From: Cenococcum geophilum
Lineage: Eukaryota
Direction of reading: 5' to 3'
DNA length: 64,000 nucleotides
NCBI GenBank assembly: GCA_050273025.1
Contig: CP158635.1
Location: 25,978,001 to 26,042,000, forward strand
Position 1 is the stretch's first letter. Every line of letters starts with the position of its first letter. Below the pieces are notes generated by a model. It searched no databases, was not told where the DNA came from, and worked only from the letters and a program-made list of their open reading frames with translations. This document shows positions 42,301-53,023 of the stretch, piece by piece. Both the position numbers and the translations under genes were made by a program.

Positions 42301-42420
42301 TTAATAATTATATTAATTGGGACCAATATAATACTCTATACTTGGATAACTTTCTTAAAGAAGAAACCCGTATTGTGTTATTATATAGAAGCTAGGATAA
42401 ATAGCAAAAGCAGCTAAGCT
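39350..42420 (+). pseudogene. Plavaka-family transposase relic
   Basis: Contains VYNKLYSGN*W*KT*GKVPSGAIVVPILIAVDKT*LIMHYSNKLA*PVYLTIGNL, CTDNFVRRCYLII..IMADYKEQVLLIGIK..CTMC*VP, VDVLYQLLKG, HFNIPKFHAL.YF.ENIRLYG.ADGY and YYINNYINWDQYN. Confidence 0.9.
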
Positions 42421-42619
42421 AGTATAGAACCTATATAAGACTATATAGGACTATATAAGATTATATAAGATTGTATAAGATTATATAAGATTATATAAGA
42501 TTATATAAAATTATTTTAATCCTAATATATATTATAAGCTAGCATACTATAGGCTAAGAAAATAGTAAAAATTCATTTGCGTAATTGGCATACAACTTTA
42601 AAATAATATATTACATTAC

Positions 42620-42940
42620 CTTAATTGCATATTAAGGAATGTGCAGTTGGCTTTTAAAGTTGTTAAATTGGTTAACTGCGTATTATTTAAATTTTAAGTT
42701 GGTTAATTGCATATTAAGGAATATGTAGTTAGCTTTTAAAGTTATTAAGTAGGTTAACTATATATTATTTAACTTTTAAATATGTTAAGTTGGTTAATTG
42801 CGTATTAAGTTAGTTAAGTTGTATATTAAGTTGGTCAATTGTGTGTTAAGTTAGTTAAGTTGTATGTTAAGTTAGTCAATTGCGTGTTAAGTTGGTTAAT
42901 TGCGTGTCGAGTTAGTTAAATTGCATGTCAATTACGCGAA
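42620..42940. repeat. Subterminal ~20-bp tandem array (gttggtcaattgcgtgtcga-like)
   Basis: The visible units become less RIP-mutated toward 42940. Confidence 0.85.
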
Positions 42941-43202
42941 ACGCGAAAAACAAAGTCTACTTAAATCTTATCCTGCGAATATTTTCCTGATGTATAAAAA
43001 CTTATATATAAAGACTAGTAATTGTTTTATATATTATATATAGAATATATTACTAGGGATATAATTTTATAGATATTAGAAACGCTAGGGGAGTATTCTT
43101 AAAGCTAAGCGTATAACTGTCTTTAATTAACCGTATATTGTATCCTTAACCTTAACTTAGATAAATTAAAAGACTAAAAATATTAAAGAGTAAAGAGATT
43201 TA

Positions 43203-43455
43203 TGTAAAAGTATACGTAGGTCTAAAATTAGGGGTATTAAATAACCTAGAAAACAAGAACGAAACGCTAATTACCTATAAAAAAATTCATTAGCGGGCTA
43301 TTGCGGGTATAGAGGCGTTTAGATAGCTAAGCTGGTAAGTACTAAAGTGCTAGATTATACTAATATCCTCTTAAGTCTAAGTTAAGTAATAGGCTTAAAG
43401 TATAGGGCTATATACTAAGGCTTAGTTTTAGTTTTAGTTATGCGTAGGAGCTAAA
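43203..43455 (+). repeat. Dispersed ~250 bp repeat, copy 2 (copy 1 at 2305-2560)
   Basis: Identified by direct visual alignment. Confidence 0.85.
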
Positions 43456-43599
43456 TATATATCTTATATTAACAAATAGGAGGGAGTTAAGTTATAGGGC
43501 ATATGCTATTTTATTTACGACGCGTCTTACAGCCTATATATTAATCGCCGGTTTATATTATTTATATAGTATACGAGATAGGTATTATAGGGTATATAG

Positions 43600-44370
43600 C
43601 AGCGAAACGAGGCATATTATCTGCGTGCGCACCTTAGCTGTAACTGTATATATTAACGTTAAAGATTAATATAAACGTTTTCTATCTAGCTCCTTATCTC
43701 CCTATTAACCCTTTAAAAGCCTAATCTCTTTAATAAAGTCCGGTATAAATAAGCCTCCTTAAGTAAGAAGACTTGGAAGTAAGGGCGCTGCTAGCGTTAA
43801 TATATAAACTACTTAGAAAACTAAAATAACCTTTCTAAGTAATGCCCCTTTACTTTTATATCTTGTAGGGCCTATAATATATAGGTCACCGGTCTATATC
43901 TCTTATAGAATTATATTACTTAGTTAATGCCTAGGGTTAATTAGTTAATTCGCTTACTTCCTCCCCGGACGCTATATTTAATAAAGCTAAAACCTAAGTT
44001 AGTATAAGTATTCTAACCATAATATAATAAAACTAACAATAGGCTTTCCTAATGGCTTATGCTATGCGCTAATTAAGGACTTTAGTAGCCACCTAGGGTA
44101 TACTCTTAGCCGCTAGCAGCTTGTTTAAACGCTTTAAAAGCTCCTTCTATTCGTTTATAGGAACCTTAAACTAAGTAGAGTGTATTAGATGTAATAAGCG
44201 AAGTCGTTTAGCTTCTTTCTATATAAGTGTCTACCAATCTTTATTACTAAGAGTTAAGGCTATACTTATATCCCTACTTACCAAGAACCGCTTCTATTAA
44301 GTTTTAGAATATCTGGCAATAGCCTATATATTACTAGCTTTAGACCTAGCGGTAAGACTTATTATACATA
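43600..44370 (-). pseudogene. RIP-degraded hypothetical protein gene
   Basis: The frame KRFLVSRDISIALTLSNKDW*TLI*KEAKRL...KELLKRLNKLL..IP*VATKVLN*RIA*AIRKA is followed by an intron-like gttagt. Confidence 0.4.
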
Positions 44371-45524
44371 GTAGCGTTAAAATAAGAAGTTAGTGTTGCT
44401 GCGCGGAGTGCCGTTTGCTAGGGTAGGGCTATTAACCGCATTAACTCTATTAACCCTATTAATCCTATTAACTATATTAACTATATTAACCACATCAACC
44501 TAATTAACCGCTAGCGATACAAAACTGGCTAACACCACTAGTTTGCGCTTTCGCCTTCTCCTAATATAGCTAATAAAGTTATAGATATAATAATGGGTCG
44601 GTCTGTATAATAATACTATATTAGTGCCTCTCCGGGTACGCTAACCCCACGTTTACCTCTATTTACTGGTTCTCTTTACATTCTAATAGGCTTATCCTAT
44701 AGGTAGCTCTATATCGCTTTCTTCGTTATAAGCCTATAACAATTACCCTATTTCATCGTAAGATACTAGCCTCCTCGGCATCGCGTCCCTAAAGAGTCAA
44801 ATTAATTACTTAAACTAGACAGACAGGAGATTTCTAGGATAAGTTAATGTAAGCCTTAATTAAGGTTCTATACCCTAAAAGCCTTTCCTACTGGGAACTA
44901 ATTGGATTCTTCCCTATATTCCTTAAAGAATTAACTTAATCCTAAATCTAAGTAGGTGCTTTAATATTGCTTTGCCAATGGCTAACTATATTAAGCCTAG
45001 GTTCCGTTTACTATCGCGAAATTCAGGGCTTACTAGCGGAGTTATAAGGCCTACGGGCTAACCAGGCTAAAATATAGTTGCCTTCTTTCCTTTACTATAA
45101 TGCACGCTCCTCTACCTATAGCCGCCGTATACGTTTATACAGTGTTTATTTATTGCCTTATAATTTTCCGTACTTTCACTAAATATAAATAGTGGGGTTT
45201 TTCTAGTTATATAACTGGCTTTATCTAGGTAAAGGGGTAGTGGAAAATGCTTGGCATGCACATAAGCTAAATATTAACTTATAACTTTAAAAGTCATATT
45301 AGTCCTTAGTTAAGTGACTAATATTTAAAGCTCTAACTAATTAACTAAATCCGTTGCAGATTAGATAAAGCTAATAACGACTTCTTAATATATATATAGA
45401 GGCTCTAGAGCTATATTTAATAAAGCAGAGTTCTCGTTCTTAATCGTCCTATTTAATACTAAATTACACCCTTAAATATTACTTAAAACGCAGTCAAAAC
45501 TAAAACTAGGAAAGAAAACTAACA

Positions 45525-46640
45525 AAATATATTATCTAAAAATGTTTTACTTGGCTTAGCGCAGCTTATAGACAGCAAAAAATATAGTAACTTAAAACTT
45601 ATATACTAGGGGCTAGAGTTTAAAGTCTATAAAGCAATTATATGCACCTAATCTCCTATACTTACGGCTGTATATAATAGAGGCTTTTAGGTAAAAGCTA
45701 ACCAAATATTTAGTGGAATTAACCCCAACTAGGAACTAACTAATAGGTAGGAGGCGGCGACTAACATTATAAATATCAACGAGTTCGATTCCGGCACCAT
45801 TAAGAGAATAATCTAATTTATATATAAAAGGGATTATAATAATAGCGAGGAGGAGCAAGGATCCAATATTGCAAGTATAGAAAAGCTCAGCTAAGGTAAG
45901 GGATATATTCGCACGCTAATCCAATTTATCTATACTTAAGCTTCAATCTATAGAATTAGAGGTAGCGCAACTTAATAACGCCGATGCCTCATCGCTATCT
46001 AAACTAAATAGTAGTGGTGGCAATAATAGAGACACAACAATATGGCTGACAACGGCCTATATTATACTTCGCCACATTTATATTAATACAATTACTAATT
46101 ATTACGATATATTATAGCTAAAAGAGCTTACAAATATAAAAATCTAACGCATTCTAGGAACTAGCTAGTCCGTAGACGGGTTTCCTAATATTATTAAGGA
46201 TGTCTTCAGCCTAATAGGCGACTTAGCATTATATAATATAATCACCTTAATAGCGGCCGAGTATATTAAAGAGCTTATTAAACTTAAGGACTTTATAGGG
46301 CTAGATATTATAAGCGATTTCGCTATTAGTATTATATAGACGGCGGTTACCGTATCTAAGGATATAGAGGAAAATTTTATATAGAAACTTTAAGCTGTCT
46401 AATCTTAGCTATAACAAACAGAATCACTACTTTAATCCACTAAGGTAAGGTACGCCGCGGCTAAGCGTAAAAGCGAAAACATTAATAACTGTCTTAATAC
46501 CCTCTACACAACTAGAACCTATTATAATATCGGTTATAGAGCCAAGTTTATATATTATATTAAGGACAGTAGTTATCTATCTAACCCTAATTACCCTTAT
46601 ATACTTCGTTGCAAAAGGTGCGAGCGTTATATATAAGTAA
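45525..46640 (+). pseudogene. BTB/POZ-domain protein relic
   Basis: Contains LIDSKKYSNLKLIY*GLEFKVYKAIICT*SPILTA...GF*/EAATNIINI..FDSGTIKRII*FIYKRDY, then HIYINTITNYYDI and the C-terminal LRCKRC. Confidence 0.85.
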
Positions 46641-47009
46641 AGATATATAGCTTAGGAGATCGGCTTAGGTAGGAAGTTATTATATAATACTTCTCTTTCT
46701 TTCTCCGTTCGGGTTAATCTAAGAAATTCGAATGTATATCTCGTCTATAGTCGGTCCGTTAGATATTATATAGCAACTATATTATCTATCTCCCATCAGC
46801 CTCCCCTTACCTTACCCCTTACCCCACTATTTATCTCATCCTTTACCTTACCCTTACCCTTACCTTACCTATTACCCCTCGCCCCCCTAGACGAATTACA
46901 AAATCCTAGTTATTGTATCTATTCTACTAAATACTAGAATAGGATTGGATGATAATAGACTAAAATAAAATAAAAAGTGGCAAAGAATAATAAGATAAAC
47001 GCGAAATAA

Positions 47010-49471
47010 CTAGGAAAAGGTCCTATATATACTAAGCGCATAGTTCTAAAGATGCATTTTATACTTAAGGGTTACTTCATAAACATTACATTCGATCTTA
47101 CCCTACTATAAGAGTTTAGAGAGATACGCTTATCAGAAATACTTTATAAAAGTAGTTAGAGTATAGAACCTATATATACGCTTACTAATTAGTAGCTTTT
47201 AGTTCCTAAGGTAGATAAAGCATATCTTTAGTCTTTTCTCCTTATATAAGGATAACTTTGCACTCTCTAGCGCTTTAGCCGCTTCTAAAATCTCGGCATC
47301 TTCTTTAATCTTAACTTAGCTAAGGGCGACACCTGCCCTAAACTATCTCTGGTAATAACTTAGCCAATACACTCTACCTTCCTTAATATTACAGTAATCT
47401 ACGACTGCATTAATAGTATTATTACGTCTATGTATCTTATCTTCTAGTAACGTGCCAGGTAGCGTTATAATTACTTTAATAAGGCATTTGTGTTCGGCCA
47501 ATCTATTATTATTAGATTCTAAGGTTGCTTTAATATCCTCACTAAATATAACTCCGGAAAGTTGCCGCTTAATATTAATTATAGCTTATTCGTTATCCTA
47601 ATTCTTCTTAATATTTTCTAATAGCGCATTTCTCTAACGTTGCCTTTTATTTGTAATTTCTTGGCTAAGCTTTTGGTATTCTATACTTCCTATGGTTTTG
47701 CGCTTAAGGCTAAGCTTTAGCTTATTTTAAACTTTAATTAAGAAACGAATACGCGGGTTCTCGTTTACCGATAAGGATTATTCTATTATTAGGTGCTATA
47801 GCCGCCACGGGTTAATTAATCGGCTTATTTAGCATACTGCTTTTATTAACTTTTCTTAAGGCTCTAAGCCTCAAATAATTGCTTATGTATCTACGTCAAC
47901 ACGCTATAAAAGGTAGTGCTTTAGGAACGTTTAAGCGTTAGTATACTACATTATTAGGTTCTAGAGGGCATCAGTTATGTTACCTAAGTAGTAAAGATAT
48001 TAAAAATGTCTTAGTAGAACCAGCTCTATATAATAAAACTTATTATTCTTATTAAATACCTTACCTATACCGTAACGGAGACTATATAGGCGCGCAACCT
48101 ACTGAAATCCCATAATTATACCAAGGTCCTTAATCTATGGTAAAAGAGTTAAGTACTATAAAGGTTGGTTGGGTAAGACCTTATAGCTATAGAAAGCTTT
48201 AATTAATCGCTAAAATACGGGGATATTATCTAGGTCCGGATAGAGTAGTAGCGGCAACTAGTTATACCCAGGCTTAATATATAGCTTAGTAAGCTATTCT
48301 ACAAACGTTAGATTAGGGGCTCTAAAAGCTTAATTAGTAAAGAGGAGGCCTAAGAGAAAGACATAAGGGCTAAGAATAAGTAAAGGGTTAAAGATAATCT
48401 TAGGAATTGGGAAAGTATTACTAGTTCTCTATAAGCATAAGGTAAGAGAAATAGGGTAAAAAGATAATACACGCTTCCTTTATACTAAGATATTCCTTAG
48501 TAAATTTAAATATAAACTTAAGCACAATATTATAGGGACCGCCCTTTAGGTCCTAAATAAGTGTAACTATTATATATTGGTAGCATAGGTTTAGAAAAGC
48601 TTTAGGTCGGCTTATAGTATAAAGACCTAGTTATATTAAGAAATGCACTTATATCCGATATCGTCCAACTATATATCGCTTCCTTATTGTAACTAAGTTA
48701 GTCTTAAGGACTAGGGCGAGATCCTCCGCGTCTATAACAGTCTTTTCTTGCTTTTTCTTACTTAGACTATATTTCTCCACCAGTTTCTAAAGTACCTAAG
48801 AAAGATATCTTAGCTCTGCCTTACCTTACTAGGTTAAAGGATTAACTAGGAATATAATTACCTTATATATCTAGCGGTTTAGTTTGCTAGTAATTTTCCC
48901 TTTAGTCGCTCTCTTATATATAAGGCGATAGTACTTCTAGTACAGGCTAAGCGAGCTAGAAACCTTCGTCCCGCACTATTTCCTACCACCTTTCCCTTAT
49001 TTCTAGTTTAGGGACTAGTTAAAGAAGCTATAAAAGAGCCGAAGCGAGAGGACTCGGTACGTTTTCTTAGGGTCTTTCCCTATATAGGTGTAGTATCTAG
49101 AAATTATTAGCTCTCTGCCAAGTTAGGCCTAAAAAGAAGCCGTTAAATAGGTTATTATTTACTAATCCTAGTATTCTTCAATGCGGTCAAGGAGAGCTAT
49201 AGTGGCATTAGCGTAGTCCTACGTCGTAAAATTAGATTCCTTAAACTCTTCTAACTATTTAAGGTAATATTCTAGTAAATAGTCTTAATCCTTATAAAGC
49301 CATACTTAAGCGGACACTTCGCAAGCATTTTTAGATTTAGTAGTGCTATTAGTATCACTATTAAGGACGGTCGGTTCTGTCCAGTAGCTGTTACCGTCGC
49401 TATCTATATCTATATACTTATCGTCAGTAACGCTAAATAATAAGCTGCGATTTAATAATTAAGCGCGCCAT
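47010..49471 (-). pseudogene. Starship captain, DUF3435 tyrosine recombinase, RIP-inactivated
   Basis: Contains LEYYLK*LEEF..DYANATIALLDRIEE, GKGGRK..TKVSSSLSLY*KYYRLIYKRAT, SRPKA, RLYSLRYG, L*NLIM*YTNA*TFLKHYL (QHA...TFLKHY catalytic region) and the C-terminal KMHL*NYALSIY. Several introns are present. Confidence 0.93.
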
Positions 49472-49836
49472 ATTTTAGGGAGCTAGAAGAGAACTTAGGG
49501 TAGTAACGGCGGAAAGGATATAGAGAGTAATGTGGGGTTAAGGAGATGGGAGGGTAAAGAATAAGAGAAACGGGGCCTAGGTTAAACGGATCAGAGGTAG
49601 GAGCTATAGAGTATATATAGGTTTAGCGCCAGGCGCGTAAAAGGGTTATACTTCTAGATAAACTGGTCTACCCGTAAAAAACGGGGCACAGGCTAGGTAA
49701 GCAAGAGGCTTAACGTTAGACCAGTAAGCAAAAGGCTTAGGGTAGCGGGGAGTTTTAGTAACGTGACCTCCAAAAACGGCGACAGAACCCTCCAAAACCA
49801 GCAGTCAGATCTCCATTTTCTTTTTTAATGGAGTAA

Positions 49837-52800
49837 TAATTAAAGGACATTAAGCTATTTACGTAATTAACAAAGAAAGAAGAACTATAGGTATAGGGAG
49901 AAGAATAGCAGAAATTATTTAAAAAAGTTAAAAGGTTATTTACCTAGGAGCTAGTTCTTAAGATTTATTAATTAGGGCTAGAAACGGTTATAGAGACGGA
50001 TGTATTAGATTATATATTAGGGGCGTGCTTTATATAGAAATATTAAAATAGATAGCACCTAGTGGCATACTATAGTTAGAAGATAACACTACTAGAGTTA
50101 AACTATAATATCTATAATAAGGAGTTATTAGGTATAGTTATAGTACTTAAAAAATAGAGAGTATTCTTATAAGGTATAAAGAAACTATTTATAGTTAAAA
50201 CGGATTATAAAAACCTAATAGGATTCCTAATAATAAAGGAACTTAACTAAAGATAGGTTAGATGGGCAGAGATGCTTATAGAATATTATTTTAAGATTTA
50301 GTATATTAAGGGTATAGATAATACGCAAGCAGACGCTCTAAGTTAAAAAGCTAAACTATAAAATAATAAAAAGCTATTAGGGGCTTTACTGCGAAAAGAC
50401 ATAGATGGATTAATTAGGTATAATTATCCAAAAATTGCAGTAATATAGGAAAATAAAGAACTAAAGAAGGTTTATAAGACACTAAAGAGCTTTTAGGTAT
50501 AAAGAATTCTAAAAGTATAGTTAGAAGATCTATAGACAGATATATATAAAAATTAAAAAGTAAAGTATATCCTAAGAAGCATAGCTAAGTAATTTATGGA
50601 AGAGTTTTATAAGGGATTAACTTAAGGATATAATGGAGCCATGGGCTTAGTGTCACGACTCTAAAAGGAGTATATTATTAACAGAATCTAGGGCTTAGCG
50701 CGAAAAGTTATAAAGGAATATTTAAATTACTAAAGGAATAAACTAATAAGGTATAAGCTATATGGAGGGCTATAACCTATTAAAATACTAGAAAGACTAT
50801 AGGAGGTTATATTATAGGACTTTATTATTAAGTTACTAAAGTTAAGAGATCCTATTACCGGACAAGATTATAACACGATTTTAGTAATAGTAGACAAGCT
50901 TATAAAGTAGAGATACTTTATAGTATATACAGAAGAAATCTTAGCGAAAGATATCGCTAAAATCTATATTAAAGAAGTGTTTATAAGACATAGAGCACTA
51001 AGTAAGATTATATTAGATAGAGATTTAAGATTCGTAATAGTATTCTAGAAGGTATTCTTAGCAGAGTAAGGAGTTTAAGCAGTAACTTTTACTGTATATT
51101 ATCCGCAGATAGACGGTTAAACAGAAAGACTAAATTAGACACTAGAGCAGTATCTAAGGTATTATATTAATTATATACAGAATAATTAGGTATTGCTATT
51201 ACTAGTTATATAGTTTATATATAATGCAACACCTTAAGAAGAAATAGGCATATTACTATTTAAGGCAAATTACGGATATAAGCTAAGAATATCGTTATTA
51301 TTATAGTAAGTAAAGAAAATAAGTAGTATAGCTAAAGAAAGGATAAAGACGTTAATAAATCTTTATATAGACCTTATAAAATTAATAAAGAAAGTATAAG
51401 AGGGAATAAAAAAGTACTATAATGCTAAGAGATCTAAGGGACTAGATCTTAAGGAGGGAGATAAAGTATAGCTACTATATAAAAATTTTAAGAGTTAATA
51501 ACTAAGTAAGAAGTTAGACTATATTAGACTAGGACCTTTTAAAATTATATAGAGGATTTTACTAGTTATATTTAAGTTAAACCTACTAGCTAAAATAAAG
51601 ATTTACCCTATATAGCATATCGCAATGCTAGAGCTAGCATATAGGAATATTAAGCTACTAGTCTATAAAGCAGATATATATAAAGGATAGAAAGAAAATA
51701 AATAATAAGTTTTAAAGATCATTAGTTATAAGAACGTTAATAATAAAATATAGTATAAGGTTAAGTGAATAGGCTATATAAAGACTACCTAGGAACTACT
51801 AGAAAATTTAAAGAACGCTATAAGAAAGGTATAGGAGTATTAAAAGAAATTAGGTTAGGCAGTATTAATAAAGAAGAATCGCTAAAGAATAAGTCACTTA
51901 AGGGGGACCTAAGAAGAGCAGTTACCGAACTACTTAGATTTATTTCCTTCTCTATTAGAAGAGAATCCGTTTTTTATTACTAAGTTCCTATAAACCTTAT
52001 TCTATAAGTTTCTACTCCTTAAAATAAACCTTCTTATAAACCTTCTTAAGACGGATTAACTAAGCGGACGCCGCAAGACAAGACTTAAGGGCCTATTGCT
52101 AAGCATCGGCAGCCTCCCGTTTAGTATTACGGAAATAGCGCAATTCCGCTAAAGTAATAGATAGTTTATTATCTAGCCGCGTAGCAGCAGATTAAATATA
52201 AAACCCTAAGATAAATTAATTAGGGAACTAGACAACTATTAAGAGTAATAGGTCGCGTATATTTAGTATTAGAGATAGAGTAAATATTATAGGATGAATA
52301 AATATTCACTTTAGTACACTTTAAATAAAAGGACAATTATTATAAAGATAGACTCGCCAACGTAATATAGACCAACCCCTTTTTTAAATAACGAGAATAT
52401 AGAGACGGTATAATCTCACTAAGAGATAATATTGCAGCAATAGTGCAAGCACGACGAGCAGTTAAAGACGAAGAAATTGCTTTAGGTATAATAAGTAAAG
52501 ATATTAACTAAATTAATTAGATGGATATTATACCTCTAGTAAACAACTTAAAGATATTTTAAATCTTTAAGGATAAAGATAGAGAGGAGGGAGATGGTGT
52601 TACGGACGCTTTAAGTATAATATTACAACTACTTAGGGAAGAGTTAAAAGAAGCTAGTTAGTTAATATAAGCATAATCTAGAATAGAGCTAATAGAACTA
52701 TATAACAAGGAATAGTAACTAAGGTTATATAATATAATCTATATAATCTATATAATCTACATAATCCGTAATAGAGTAGATAAAGTATATATATATTATG

Positions 52801-53023
52801 TATAAGAAGGATTTTATAGAAGTACGGTTGTGTATTTAAGGACCCTTAGTCCCTACCTAGATAGTTCCTTCCTTATAGTAATTCTTAGAATATAATTAGA
52901 GTTAATCTATTAGGCAACCACTCCACTAGTTATTATTACGTTGTTAACTATTGTCTTTACATTTCCTATATACCTAGCCTATTAACGAGCCTATTATAGT
53001 TCCTGCTATAAGGTTCCGTTATA
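49837..53023 (+). mobile_element. Gypsy (chromovirus-like) family A, copy 1: 3' part (RT connection, RNase H, integrase, chromodomain, PPT, 3' LTR)
   Basis: Contains ETDVLDY..LVAYYS..NYNIYNKELL..TDYKNL..QADALS, YYPQIDG*TERLN*TLEQYLRYY, LGPFKI, and chromo-like YKVK*.GY. The PPT agagaggagggagatgg precedes the LTR. Confidence 0.93.
52598..53023 (+). repeat. 3' LTR of Gypsy A copy 1
   Basis: It reads TGTTACGG...CCGTTATA and is the reverse complement of the LTR at 55049-55670. Confidence 0.88.

Larger units (their letters stand above)
23051..42956 (+). mobile_element. Candidate ~20 kb cargo-bearing Plavaka-transposase element nested in the Starship
   Basis: A Plavaka transposase lies near the right end. 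There is an imperfect subterminal inverted repeat (23077-23095 vs 42918-42936), short tandem arrays at both ends, CTAC on both outer sides, and locally reduced RIP at both junctions. Confidence 0.55.
1..49832 (-). mobile_element. Starship-type giant mobile element, RIP-degraded; 3' end lies outside the window or was not located
   Basis: A DUF3435 captain is the first gene, about 360 bp from an abrupt junction with Gypsy pol. TTAC (GTAA at 49833-49836) sits at the junction, and a string of cargo relics lies downstream of the captain. The left extent is inferred. Confidence 0.75.

Noticed and set aside
46795..46890. Interstitial telomere-like tract
   Set aside because: The units are irregular CCCTTA/CCTTA rather than CCCTAA, so this is more likely a simple repeat between convergent genes.
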